Positions 41,555 through 52,092 of a DNA stretch of 64,000 nt are shown here, piece after piece (within the stretch, counting starts at the first letter, position 1; each line of letters starts with the position of its first letter). Origin of the DNA: Terriglobia bacterium (GTDB taxonomy: Bacteria; Acidobacteriota; Terriglobia; Acidiferrales; UBA7541); assembly GCA_963695545.1 (NCBI GenBank), contig OY968796.1, positions 2,880,001 through 2,944,000 on the forward strand, read 5' to 3'. The notes beneath the pieces are model-generated. The model was not told the DNA's origin. It ran no database searches and worked only from the letters and a program-made list of their open reading frames with translations. Position numbers and translations under genes: made by a program.

Positions 41555-42919
41555 ATGGCACTGCGGCAAACTGCTCCGAAAATTGCGCCCGAAGAGTACG
41601 AGCGGAATTTTGCGGACATTACTCCGGCGATGACGCCGCGCCAGGCCGCGATCGAAGCCGAGCGATGCCTATATTGTTTCGACGCGCCGTGCACGATTGC
41701 TTGTCCGACGCGCATCGATGTGCCCGGTTTCATCAAGCGCATCATGACCGGAAATCTTCTGGGCTCGGCGCGCGTGATTTTGGAAGCCAATATCCTGGGC
41801 GAAAGCTGTGGCCGCGTCTGTCCCACTGAAGTGCTGTGCGAGGGCGCTTGCGTGATGCACGAAAAGGGCGAGCAGCCCATCGAGATCGGCCGGCTACAAC
41901 GCTACGCCGTGGACGCGGCGTTCGCGCGCAAGACGCCGATGTTTCATGCAGGAGCCGCAAATGGCAAACGCGTGGCTTGCATCGGCGCGGGACCCGCTTC
42001 GCTTGCGTGCGCCGCGCAACTTGCGCGCCTGGGATATGGCGTCACGATCTTTGATCGGCGCGAATTGCCCGGCGGCCTGAACACTTACGGCATCGCGGCG
42101 TACAAAACGCGCGCCGCGGACGCGTTGCGCGAAGTCGAAATGATCCGCGCGTTGGGCGTGGAGTTTCGCCAGAAGATTGAGATCGGCAAAGACGTTTCCT
42201 TCGCCGATCTCGAAAAGCAATTCGACGCGATCTTCATCGGCGTGGGATTGGGCGAAACCACGCCGCTCAAGTTGCCCGGCGAAAATACGCCCGGAGTGTT
42301 CGGCGCGATCGAATTCATCGAAATGACCAAGACGCGACCGTTCGAGCACGTCGAGATCGGCAATCGCGTGGCCTGCATCGGCGCGGGCAACACGGCGATC
42401 GACGTAGTCACCGCGGCGCGGCGCCTGAATGCGTCGAACGTCTATTTGATTTATCGCCGCAGCGAGCACGAGATGCCTGCGTTCCGCTACGAATTTACGA
42501 TCGCGCAGAAAGACGGCGTCACATTCATGTGGCAAACCCAGCCGGTGCGCGTGGTCGCGCGCGATGGCGCAGTCGCGGGCCTTGAATGCGTGCGCACGCG
42601 CCTCGGCGAGGCGGACGCGCGCGGGCGCCGCCAGCCGCAAGCGATCCCGGGCAGTGAATTCACGATTGATGTGGATATGGTCGTGCGCGCCGTCGGTCAG
42701 AAGCCCGTCACCGAATTTCTCCGCGCAGTGAAAGGCATCGCGCTGCGCGAAAACGGCACCGTGGTTGTGGACGAGAAGCACCGCACGGGCAATCCGAAAT
42801 ATTTCTCCGCCGGCGATTGCGTGAATGGCGGCAGGGAAGTTGTGGACGCCGTCGCGGAGGGCAAAGCCGCGGCGCTCGCGATGGATGCCGCGCAGGGAAT
42901 CCCGCGTGGCCGCGCCTGA
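41555..42919 (+). CDS. preT: dihydropyrimidine dehydrogenase subunit PreT (GltD-like)
   Basis: CLYCFDAPC, CGRVCPTEVLC, GAGPAS, GAGNTAID; upstream of preA. Confidence 0.9.
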   Translation: MALRQTAPKIAPEEYERNFADITPAMTPRQAAIEAERCLYCFDAPCTIACPTRIDVPGFIKRIMTGNLLGSARVILEANILGESCGRVCPTEVLCEGACVMHEKGEQPIEIGRLQRYAVDAAFARKTPMFHAGAANGKRVACIGAGPASLACAAQLARLGYGVTIFDRRELPGGLNTYGIAAYKTRAADALREVEMIRALGVEFRQKIEIGKDVSFADLEKQFDAIFIGVGLGETTPLKLPGENTPGVFGAIEFIEMTKTRPFEHVEIGNRVACIGAGNTAIDVVTAARRLNASNVYLIYRRSEHEMPAFRYEFTIAQKDGVTFMWQTQPVRVVARDGAVAGLECVRTRLGEADARGRRQPQAIPGSEFTIDVDMVVRAVGQKPVTEFLRAVKGIALRENGTVVVDEKHRTGNPKYFSAGDCVNGGREVVDAVAEGKAAALAMDAAQGIPRGRA

Positions 42920-42924
42920 TCGCG

Positions 42925-43524
42925 ATGCGCGTGCCCGATGCGATCGTCGACCGCGTTCCGCAGCTCGGCGTGCTGACGGAAGATTGGGAGCCGGTTTCGC
43001 GCGGCGCCGCGATTGGTTGGCTTGTTTTCTACGCGGTGATGCTTTTGAGCGTGGCGACAAACGGCACGCTCAAAAATCTGATGGATTTGGTTTTCGTCCC
43101 GATCCACGAGGGCGGCCATTTGCTGTTTCGCTTTTTTGGCGAATGGATCATGGTGGCGGGCGGGACGTTTCTACAACTTTTCGTGCCGTTTGCGCTGGCC
43201 GTGTATTTCATTTTGCGGCGCCAGGTGCCGGGAACGGCCTTTTGCGCGTTTTTCTTTTTTGAACAATTCTTGCCGATCGCGATCTATATGGCCGATTCGC
43301 ATTGCCAGTGTTTGACGTACGTAACGGTGGGCGATTCGGATACGGCCATTCACGATTGGTTTTATTTGTTTTCGAGCGTTGGATTGCTCGAGCACGATAC
43401 GCAGATTGCCGCTCTCGTGCGCACGCTCGGCTGGATCGGGATGCTGGCAACCGTCATTTGGTTCGCCGTGCGCTCGCTGCGAAGCGGCGAAATCGCGGCG
43501 GTCCCGGCGGCGCAAACCGAGTAG
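42925..43524 (+). CDS. membrane protein with HEGGH motif (M50B-like zinc metalloprotease)
   Basis: PIHEGGH, later HDW motif, 4-5 TM. Confidence 0.75.
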   Translation: MRVPDAIVDRVPQLGVLTEDWEPVSRGAAIGWLVFYAVMLLSVATNGTLKNLMDLVFVPIHEGGHLLFRFFGEWIMVAGGTFLQLFVPFALAVYFILRRQVPGTAFCAFFFFEQFLPIAIYMADSHCQCLTYVTVGDSDTAIHDWFYLFSSVGLLEHDTQIAALVRTLGWIGMLATVIWFAVRSLRSGEIAAVPAAQTE

Positions 43525-43558
43525 GCGGCGCGACAGCAGGAATCGGGAGGTAACGCAC

Positions 43559-44833
43559 ATGGCGGATTTACGCGTGAAGTTTTGTGGGATTGAATCGCCG
43601 AATCCATTTTGGTTGGCCAGCGGGCCGCCGGCCAATACGGCCGGGCAAGTGATCCGCGCGTTTGAAGCCGGCTGGGGCGGCGCGGTGTGGAAGACCATCG
43701 GCGATCCCATCGTCAACACCAGTTCGCGTTACGGCGCGATCGACTACAACGGCGTGAAGGTCATGGGCCTGAACAATATCGAGCTGATCAGTGACCGGCC
43801 GATTGAAACCAACTTCCGCGAAATCGCTGAAGTGAAGAAGCGCTTTCCGAAAAATCTGGTGATCGCGTCGCTGATGGTTGAATCGAAGCGCGAGACTTGG
43901 CACGACATGGTGCATCGCGCGGAAGACGCGGGTTCGGACGCACTCGAACTCAATTTCGGCTGTCCGCACGGCATGAGCGAGCGCGGCATGGGCGCTTCGG
44001 TCGGACAAGTGCCGGAATATACCGAAATGATCGCGGGGTGGGTGAAGGAAGCGGCGAAGACTCCGGTAATCGTGAAGCTCACGCCCAACGTTACGGACAT
44101 CACCAAAGTCGCGCGCGCTGCCGAGCGCGCCGGCGCCGACGCCGTGAGCTTGATCAACACGATTAATTCGGTGATGAGCGTGGATCTCGATACGTTTGCG
44201 CCTACGCCGAATGTCGGCGGCCGATCCTCGCACGGCGGTTATTGCGGACCGGCGGTGAAACCCATCGCGCTGCACCTGGTTTCGTCGGTCGCCAAGGCCG
44301 TGAAAATTCCGATCGTGGGAATCGGCGGCATTACGTATTGGAACGACGCTGCTGAACACATCGCGCTGGGCGCTTCGTGCGTGCAGGTGTGCACGGCCGT
44401 GATGCATTATGGATTCCGCATCGTAGAGGACATGGCCGAGGGATTGTCGCAATACATGGACGAGCATGGCTTTCGCTCGATCGAGGTTTTTCGCGGGCGC
44501 GCCGTGCGCAACGTTGTGGATTGGGGCGATCTCGATTTGAATTACAAGATCATCGCGGATATCGATTCCGCGTTGTGCATCGGATGCCAGCTTTGTTATG
44601 TCGCTTGCGAGGACGGCGCGCATCAATGCATCGCGCCGTACGGCGTCGCGGGAAATGGCAAGAAAAATCCCAACGGGATGGGGGTGCACGTGCCGCGCAT
44701 CATCGAAGACGAATGCGTCGGCTGCAATTTGTGCGCACTCGTTTGCCCCGTGCAAAACTGCATCACCATGCGCCAGATCGATACGGGCAAAGCGCCGCAA
44801 AGTTGGAACGAGCGCGTGCGCGCGGCTGGCTGA
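43559..44833 (+). CDS. preA: dihydropyrimidine dehydrogenase subunit PreA
   Basis: NPFWLASGPP, GLNNIELIS, ELNFGCPHGM, KLTPN, C-terminal 2x[4Fe-4S] ferredoxin. Confidence 0.96.
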   Translation: MADLRVKFCGIESPNPFWLASGPPANTAGQVIRAFEAGWGGAVWKTIGDPIVNTSSRYGAIDYNGVKVMGLNNIELISDRPIETNFREIAEVKKRFPKNLVIASLMVESKRETWHDMVHRAEDAGSDALELNFGCPHGMSERGMGASVGQVPEYTEMIAGWVKEAAKTPVIVKLTPNVTDITKVARAAERAGADAVSLINTINSVMSVDLDTFAPTPNVGGRSSHGGYCGPAVKPIALHLVSSVAKAVKIPIVGIGGITYWNDAAEHIALGASCVQVCTAVMHYGFRIVEDMAEGLSQYMDEHGFRSIEVFRGRAVRNVVDWGDLDLNYKIIADIDSALCIGCQLCYVACEDGAHQCIAPYGVAGNGKKNPNGMGVHVPRIIEDECVGCNLCALVCPVQNCITMRQIDTGKAPQSWNERVRAAG

Positions 44834-44841
44834 GCGGTGCT

Positions 44842-46284
44842 CTAAGCTTCGACTTCGGCCGGGCGAGCGCGCATCAGCGCGTAATAGGCCACGAAGCTCA
44901 CGCCGAATCCAACAAACCACGCATAGTTGTAAAGCACGCGCACGGCCGGAACGACAAGCCCCACAAACGCTACCGCACATCCCGATGCCAGCGCCGCAAC
45001 GGCGCGCCAATTTATGCCGTGCGTGAATTCGTAGAAGCCGCCGCGCCGATACAAATCCTCGACCAGGATGATTTTCTTGCGGATCACAAAATAGTCGCAA
45101 ATCATCACGCCCGCAATTGGCCCGAGAAATCCGGAATAGCCGACGAGCCAGCCGTTGATATAGCTGCCGTGCGTGGCGAGCAATCGCCACGGCTGCATCG
45201 CGAGGCCGAGGAAGCACGTGATTAGGCCGCCGGTGCGAAATCGGATATGGCGCGGCGAGAGATTCGAGAAATCGTTGGCGGGCGAAACCACGTTGGCCGC
45301 GACGTTCACGTTCAGCGTGGCGACTAGCAGCGCGACCATCGCTACGATTACTGCGGCGGCGCTGCCCAGGCGCGCGAGAACTTCGACCGGATTCCACAAT
45401 GCTTCGCCGAATATAACCGTCGTCGCCGAGGTCACCGCGATCCCGATGAAGGAATAGAACGTCATCGTCGTTGGCAAACCCAGCGCCTGGCCCAGCATTT
45501 GTGCGCGCTGGCTGCGGGCATAGCGCGTGAAGTCCGGGATGTTCAGCGCCACAGTGGCCCAGAAACCCACAACGCCCGTGAGCGATGGTGCGAAAACGCG
45601 AAAAAATGATCTGAAGTCGTGGAATTGCGATGGCGTTCGCAGCATCGGTCCGAAGCCGCCGGCCTTCGTGCCGGCCCACGCGAGCAACGCCACGCCGAGC
45701 AGGAGCAGGCAGGGCGCGGAAACTCCCTGAAGAAAACGGATCGTGTCGATGCCGCGCACGATCACGAGCACATTCAGCAGCCAGAACGCCGTGAAGCAAA
45801 TCGCGACGCCCCAGTGAAAACTGGCCCAGCGCGGATCGAGCGCGATGATCATCGCGTTGATGGCTTCGCCGCCGATCCATGCGTTGATGCCGAACCAGCC
45901 GCAGGCCACCAGCGCGCGCAACACAGCGGCGATGTTCGCGCCCATCACGCCGAACGACGCGCGCGCGAACACCGGGAAGGGAATTCCGTAGCGCGCGCCG
46001 GCGTGCGCGTTCAATAGCATGGGCACGAGCACTAGCACGTTGCCGAGAAAAACTGTACCGAGCGCCTGCTTCCAATTCATTCCCGCGGCGATCATTCCGC
46101 TCGCCAGCATGTAAGTCGGGATGTTCACGCTCATGGCGACCCACAGCGCAGCGTAATCGTAGGTGCCCCAAGTGCGGCGCGAGTAGGGAATCGGCGCGAG
46201 GTCTTCGTTGTAGAGCGAGCTTGCGCGAATCGTTTCGCTGGCGAGCGCGCCGTCGACTAATCCAGTGCCGGCGTTCATGGTCAC
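44842..46284 (-). CDS. NCS1 family nucleobase:cation symporter
   Basis: LYNEDLAP, YGIPFPV, NIPDFTRY, NVAANVVSPANDF. Confidence 0.95.
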   Translation of the reverse strand: MTMNAGTGLVDGALASETIRASSLYNEDLAPIPYSRRTWGTYDYAALWVAMSVNIPTYMLASGMIAAGMNWKQALGTVFLGNVLVLVPMLLNAHAGARYGIPFPVFARASFGVMGANIAAVLRALVACGWFGINAWIGGEAINAMIIALDPRWASFHWGVAICFTAFWLLNVLVIVRGIDTIRFLQGVSAPCLLLLGVALLAWAGTKAGGFGPMLRTPSQFHDFRSFFRVFAPSLTGVVGFWATVALNIPDFTRYARSQRAQMLGQALGLPTTMTFYSFIGIAVTSATTVIFGEALWNPVEVLARLGSAAAVIVAMVALLVATLNVNVAANVVSPANDFSNLSPRHIRFRTGGLITCFLGLAMQPWRLLATHGSYINGWLVGYSGFLGPIAGVMICDYFVIRKKIILVEDLYRRGGFYEFTHGINWRAVAALASGCAVAFVGLVVPAVRVLYNYAWFVGFGVSFVAYYALMRARPAEVEA

Positions 46285-46766
46285 GGGCCGAAAATGACTA
46301 CGGGGTGGGGAATGTCGATGTCAAAGACGCGGCCTTCGGTGTCCAGGCGAAAATGGGTTCGATAGGCTTCGCCGACGTCGCGCACGATCCATCCGGAAGT
46401 CGCCAGCGGAGTTGCCGGACGATCTTCCTCGCGCCAGGAAATGTCGTCCTGGCTGTGCTCAAGTTTTGCGGGATCGAGTTCGTAGACTCGGCGGTCATTC
46501 GCAAGGACGAGCAGATACCTTGCGCCCAATTGGATCAGCAGGCGGTCATTTTTCTTGTCGGCGGTGTAGAGATTCCAATTCGCGGGCGGATGATCGTCGA
46601 CGCGCAGCAGCGCGGAGGGAACGGGTTTCCATTCGACTTTCTCGGCCGCGCGAAGGAACGGTGAGAGAACGCCGACGAGAGCGACAAGACACGCGCCGGC
46701 CAAAATCCACAAATGCGAACGCAGCGACAACTGTCCGGAATGTTCCGCGTCGCGCACCTCAGCCAC
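46281..46766 (-). CDS. hypothetical exported protein
   Basis: signal-like N-terminus; overlaps both neighbours (translational coupling). Confidence 0.7.
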   Translation of the reverse strand: MAEVRDAEHSGQLSLRSHLWILAGACLVALVGVLSPFLRAAEKVEWKPVPSALLRVDDHPPANWNLYTADKKNDRLLIQLGARYLLVLANDRRVYELDPAKLEHSQDDISWREEDRPATPLATSGWIVRDVGEAYRTHFRLDTEGRVFDIDIPHPVVIFGP

Positions 46767-48240
46767 GTTTGCGCGCGTAGTCGATGTATACGGTCTTGAT
46801 CTCGGTGTAGAAATCGATGGCCACGTGGCCCATTTCGCGCAGGCCGATACCGGTGCCTTTGACGCCGCCGAAGGGAAGATGCGCTTCGCTCGAGATGGTG
46901 GGGAGATTGACGTGGGTCATGCCGCTTTCGATGCGCTCGATGAACTCGAAGATTTTTCGCGCGTCGTTGGTGTAAATCGAGCTCGAGAGGCCGTACTTCA
47001 CGGAATTCGCGACGCGAATGGCTTCTTCAAAATCGCTGACGCGAATCACGGAGATCACCGGGCCGAAAATTTCTTCCTGCGCGATCACGCTGTCCCACGG
47101 GACGTGATCGAAGACGGTGGCGGCGACGAAAAGGCCGCGATCCATCTCGCCACCAGTGAGGCGCGAACCGCCGGCGACCAATTTCGCTTCTTTCTTGCCG
47201 ACTTCGAGATAGCGCAACACGGTCTCGAGTTGTTTTTCGTCGACCACGGGGCCGAGGTCCACGCTCGAATCGAGGCCGTTGCCGGCTTTGCATTGACGCG
47301 CGCGCGCGGCGAGCGCTTCGACGAAGCGATCGGCGATGGCGTCTTCGACGACAACGCGGCTGGTGGCCGTGCAGCGCTGGCCCGATGAGCCGAATGCGCC
47401 GACGACGGTCGATTCGACGGCGAGATCGAGATCAGCGTCACGCAACACCACGACCGGATTTTTGCCGCCCATCTCGCACTGGCACTTTTTCATTTTGCGC
47501 GCGCCCGCGGCGTAGATCGCGCCGCCGATGGCGTTTGAGCCGGTGAAGGAAAGCGCGCGCACGTCGTCGTGCTGCACCAATTCGTCGCCGACTTCTTCTC
47601 CTGCGCCCAAGATCATATTCAGCACACCGGCGGGCGTTCCGGCTTCAGAGAAAATCTCGACGATGATTGCCGCGGTGAGCGGCGTCACTTCCGCGGGCTT
47701 AAAGACCATGGTGTTTCCGGTGACAAGCGCGGGGCCAGCCTTCCACACCGGAATCGCGACGGGAAAATTCCACGGAGTGATCGCGCCGACCACGCCGAGC
47801 GGCTGCTTGGATGTGTAGACGAAATTGCGAGGCAGCGCCGAAGGCACGGTTTCGCCGCCCATGCGCAGGGCTTCGCCGGCGGTGAATTCTAAAATGTTCA
47901 CGGAGCGCGAAACTTCGCCGAGCGAATCTTTGAGCGTCTTGCCTTCCTCGCGCGTCAGCAGGCGCGCCACTTCTTCCTTGCGCGCTTCGAGAATCGCGGC
48001 GGCGCGCGCCACGATTTTGCCGCGCACGGGTGCCGGCGTATCGCGCCAAGCAGGGAAGGCGGCTTTCGCGGCGGCGATGGCTTCGCGCGCTTCTTTGCGC
48101 GTAGAGAGCGGAACGATGGCGACGACTTCATCCTGGTCGGCTGGATTGCGCCGCTCAATCGTTAGATTGGAGCTGGATTGAATCCATTCGCCGTTGATGA
48201 AATTGCGGCAAACCTGCGCGGTGGTGGTGGCTGTGGGCAT
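46759..48240 (-). CDS. aldehyde dehydrogenase family protein
   Basis: ITPWNFP, FTGS, EMGGKNP, GQRCTA, EEIFGPV, PFGG. Confidence 0.96.
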   Translation of the reverse strand: MPTATTTAQVCRNFINGEWIQSSSNLTIERRNPADQDEVVAIVPLSTRKEAREAIAAAKAAFPAWRDTPAPVRGKIVARAAAILEARKEEVARLLTREEGKTLKDSLGEVSRSVNILEFTAGEALRMGGETVPSALPRNFVYTSKQPLGVVGAITPWNFPVAIPVWKAGPALVTGNTMVFKPAEVTPLTAAIIVEIFSEAGTPAGVLNMILGAGEEVGDELVQHDDVRALSFTGSNAIGGAIYAAGARKMKKCQCEMGGKNPVVVLRDADLDLAVESTVVGAFGSSGQRCTATSRVVVEDAIADRFVEALAARARQCKAGNGLDSSVDLGPVVDEKQLETVLRYLEVGKKEAKLVAGGSRLTGGEMDRGLFVAATVFDHVPWDSVIAQEEIFGPVISVIRVSDFEEAIRVANSVKYGLSSSIYTNDARKIFEFIERIESGMTHVNLPTISSEAHLPFGGVKGTGIGLREMGHVAIDFYTEIKTVYIDYARKRG

Positions 48241-48249
48241 GGGCGCGGC

Positions 48250-49576
48250 CTAGACGCGGACCTCGGAAAACGATTTGTCGAGCAGTCGAATGGCTTCGTC
48301 GACGTCGGCCTTGGCGATATTGAGCATGGGCGCGAGGCGAATCACGTTGCCGTAGAGGCCGCCCTTGCCGATCAAGAGGCCGTTGTCGCGCGCGCGCTCG
48401 AGCAGCTGCGTTTGTGGCTTCGGGCGCGGGCTCTTTGGTTTGGCGGTCTTTTACGAGTTCGATGCCTTGCATCAGCCCCATTCCGCGCACGTCGCCGATC
48501 ACGCGCATGCTTTTCCTTCAGCTCGTCGAGTTTTCCGCGGAAATAGTCGCCGACGACATCGGCGTTATCGAGCAGATTTTCTTCTTCGATCACTTCGATG
48601 GTGGCGCGCGCCGCAACCGACGTGACCGGATTGCCGCCGAAGGTGGAAATCGTCGAGGCCCTGGAAGGCGTCAGCGATTTCGGGCGTCGTGATGGTTGCG
48701 CCGATCGGCGTGCCGTTGGCCATGCCTTTGGCGCAAGTGATGATGTCCGGCGTGACTTCCCAGTGCTCGATGCCGAACCAGTTTTTCCGGTGCGGCCGAA
48801 GCCGGTTTGCACTTCGTCGGAGATGAACAGGCCGCCGTATTTTTTCACGATCTGAAAAACAATCTTGAAATATTCCGGCGGAGGAGTGATGAATCCGCCG
48901 ACGCCCTGAATGGGCTCGGCGATGAAGGCGGCGATCTGGCCGCTGGTGCCGGTTTGGATCAGATTTTCAACGTCATTGGCGCAAGCTACGCCGCAATCGG
49001 GATATTTCATGCCCAGCGGGCAGCGATAGCAATAAGGATTGATGGCGTGCGAGACGCCGACGCTGATGATTCCGGTCCGCGGCGATAGGGCGCGACGGCG
49101 GTCATCGATTTCGTGAGCGACGATCCGCCGGAATACGCGTGGCGCAGACCGACGACATCGTAGCGGCCGGTGGCCATGCGCGCGAGTGAGAATGGCCATT
49201 TCGTTGGCTTCGCTGCCGGAATTGGTGAAGAAAGTTTTTTCGCAGGCGGCCGGGCGTGATCTGCGCCATTTTTTCGGCCAGATCGACGATGGCCTCGTTG
49301 GGATAGAGCGTGGAGAGATGCTGCAGGCGATCGACCTGCGCTTTGATTTTCCCGGTGACCTTGGGATTGGTGTGTCCGACGGAGATGGTGAGGATGCCGC
49401 CGAAGAAATCGAGATATTTCTTGCCCTCGACGTCCCAAACGTATTGCATCGAGGCGCGGTCGGCTACGAGCGGCTGCTTGTAATAATTCGACGACCGCGG
49501 GCCAGACGTATTCTTTGTATTTGGCGACGACTTCTTCGCTACGTGTGGCTGACCGTCTTGGTCTTCAGTCGCTCAT
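48250..49576 (-). pseudogene. class III aminotransferase (beta-alanine aminotransferase-like), broken by multiple frameshifts
   Basis: Fragments in different frames: YVWDVEGKKYLDFFGGI, EPIQGVGG/DEVQTGFGRTG, STFGGNPV, GDVRGMGLMQGIEL; may be an assembly artefact. Confidence 0.8.
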
Positions 49577-49602
49577 GAAGCTCCCCTGAAATCGTTTTGC
49601 AA

Positions 49603-50508
49603 CTAATCTGCTGCTTGCGCCGAGCCGGCCGCGAGCGTGCGCGTGATTTCGCCGTAAGATTCCGGACGGCGATCGCGGAAGAATTGCCAGACGCGGCGCA
49701 CTTCTTCGATTTCGTCGAGATTCGAGTTCGGCGGCGAGCAGTTCGTCTTTGTTGCGGCTGGCTTGCGCCACGATTTTTCCGCGCGGACTGCAGAAATAGC
49801 TCTTGCCGTAAAATTCGCCGATCTTCCACGGTGCTTCGATGCCCACGCGATTGATGGCCGCGACAAAATATCTGATTGGCCACGGCATGAGCCGGCTGCT
49901 CGAGTTCCCACAAATATTCGGAAAGCCCGGCGACGGTGGCCGATGGGTTATAGACGATTTCCGCGCCGTTCAGGCCGAGGCATGCGCGCGCCTTCGGGGA
50001 AGTGACGGTCGTAACAGATATAGACGCCGACTTTGGCGAAACGCGTTTGGAAAACGGGATAGCCGGCGTTGCCGGGCGTGAAATAAAATTTCTCCCAAAA
50101 ACCGGGATGGCAGTGCGGGATGTGGTGCTTGCGATATTTTCCGAGATATTTTCCGTCGACGTCAATCACCGCGGCGGTGTTGTAATAGACGCCGGGCATT
50201 TCGACTTCGTAGATCGGGACGACCAGGACCATTTCGTGTTTCTTCGCGAGTTTTTGCATGCGCGCGATGGTTGGGCCGTCGGGAACGGGCTCGGTCAAGT
50301 CGTACCAGCGCGTTTGCTGCTCGGCGCAGAAATAAGGGCCGTAAAAGAGCTCCTGCAAACCGAGGACTTGCACTTTCTTCTTGGCCGCTTGCGCGATGAG
50401 ATCCTCGTGCTTCGCGATCATCCGCTTCTTGATTTCGTCGAGCGAATATTTTTCCGGCGACCACTCGCACGACGCCTGGATCAAGCCGCAGCGGACCATT
50501 CGAGACAT
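49603..50508 (-). pseudogene. nitrilase-family beta-ureidopropionase/N-carbamoyl amidohydrolase, frameshifted in its 3' half
   Basis: GGAGGT SD; LQELF, YRKHHIP, ICYDRHFPE, then frame jumps (GLNGAEIVYNPS; INRVGIE; WQFFRDRRP). Confidence 0.82.
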
Positions 50509-50652
50509 CGCGCACCTCCGGTGCTGTAAGGGCAGTTTACCGCTGGCGGGCGCGTGGGAACAAGGCGCGCGCCGCGCTTGTGAGAACTCTATGATTGCAG
50601 GGGACTTCGGAATTTCGGGGCGGCGGGCGGCTAACGACAGACGGAAACGTGT

Positions 50653-50981
50653 ATATATACCCCCGGTATGTTTTTGCGAACTTGCTGAAAACGCGGCGGT
50701 TGCAGGGAAAGAGTGCGGATGAGTGTGAAAACAAATGGGGTTAAAACGTCTATTTTTCAGCATGTTGCGCACTCTTTTGTAATTGACTGAAAACAAATGG
50801 GGTTGTGTAGGGGCTTTGGTCGTCACAGGAACGAAATCGAGACGGCGAGGGCGCAGGTCGAGGGAGCGCGCGGGACGCAAATCCAGAGTGGGCTGCGTGG
50901 ACAGTTCGAAATGGGGAAGCGCGAACATTCAAAATGATAACATTTGTGCACGCTAGTGTCAACTACTATATGAGTATTCGA
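50653..50981 (-). repeat. AT-rich dispersed element with own promoter, copy 2
   Basis: Reverse complement shares TTCGAATACT, CAAAAGAGTGCGCA, TTGTTTTCACACTCATCCGCACTCTT, TACCGGGGGTATATAT with copy 1. Confidence 0.8.
50934..50962 (-). promoter_or_regulatory. sigma70-type promoter TTGACA-N17-TATCAT with extended TG
   Basis: Perfect -35, 17-nt spacer, TGnTATCAT. Confidence 0.7.
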
Positions 50982-51198
50982 AACAAATCTCGCACGCACG
51001 GAGAGAGCGGATAAGGGGCGCCAGGCCGCGCCCTTCCCCGGGGCATCTGGAGGATAGGCTAATCGCGGCGCGACCCGGCGGCCGAGATTCCTAAACAAAA
51101 TATAAAAATCCGACCGGCGATTTTGAGGCTAAGGTACAGCGCGCGCCGAGATGTCTTTCGGTTGCGCGGCCCGGGTCGTATATAATCTCGCCGCGCTC

Positions 51199-52023
51199 AT
51201 GGATGCCTTTTGGAAGCGTTTGTACGCAGCTGCGCGCCGCGTGGTTCCCAATTGCGTGGCGCAGTCGCAGGGCGTGGCGTTCAACATGTTTCTGGCGGCC
51301 ATGCCCATGCTGCTGATCGTGATGGGAGTGGCCTCTCTTTCCGCGCGGACCGGCGAAGGCTTTCAAGAAATGTTGTCGCGCCTGAGCGCGTTCATGCCTC
51401 CGGGCGTGCGCGCGATCGTTTTGCGATTTGTGCTGACGCACAGCACATACCCCTGGCGCTGGATTTCGCTGGGAATGGGCGGCACGCTGCTGGCCGGAAT
51501 GCAGATGATGCGCCTGGTGATCGACGGCTTTCAGATGCTGCGCGGCAATTGCGCGCCGCACGGCGGCTGGAGCAAACAATTTCGCGCGCTGCTGCTATTG
51601 CTGGTGACCATCGCGCCGTGGCTGGTGGCGGCGAACCTGCTGGTATTCGGCAAGCAATCGCGTCAGTGGCTGATTCAAAATTCCGCATCGCCGCTGCTGG
51701 TCAGATTTTTGTGGGTCGCATTATATATTTTTGCGGCGTTGTTTCTGGCCATGCTGGCGCTGGCGGTGATCTATCGCGTGGGGCGGCCGTCGGGCGACCG
51801 CGGCGGGCCGGTGTTGCCGGGCGCGGCGCTGGCGACGCTGCTGTGGTGGATTGTGAGCGGCGCGTTCGGGTTTTACATGCGGCACGTTCCGTATTCGCTG
51901 GTGTACGGCGGGTTGGCGGTGGCCATCGGGTTGATGTTGTGGATGCAGCTCACCGCGACGATATTATTTCTCGGCGCAGCGTTTAATATAGAGGTGGCCG
52001 CAAGCCGGAGCGCGGCGGCGTAA
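51199..52023 (+). CDS. YihY/BrkB family membrane protein
   Basis: GVAFN.FLA, VLPGAALAT, YSLVYGGL..., LFLGAAFN. Confidence 0.9.
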   Translation: MDAFWKRLYAAARRVVPNCVAQSQGVAFNMFLAAMPMLLIVMGVASLSARTGEGFQEMLSRLSAFMPPGVRAIVLRFVLTHSTYPWRWISLGMGGTLLAGMQMMRLVIDGFQMLRGNCAPHGGWSKQFRALLLLLVTIAPWLVAANLLVFGKQSRQWLIQNSASPLLVRFLWVALYIFAALFLAMLALAVIYRVGRPSGDRGGPVLPGAALATLLWWIVSGAFGFYMRHVPYSLVYGGLAVAIGLMLWMQLTATILFLGAAFNIEVAASRSAAA

Positions 52024-52092
52024 GTCCCGCGATCGCGTGAGAGCGAGTCGCGCGAGGCGTTTCCAACCATCTCAGAGCGAGGCGAATTCTCG

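Noticed and set aside
43568..46171. 867-aa minus-strand ORF
   Set aside because: Alternative frame of the NCS1 gene plus antisense of preA; no recognisable motifs.
48250..50000. Programmed ribosomal frameshifting or phase variation
   Set aside because: Too many shifts, mostly outside slippery or homopolymer sites.
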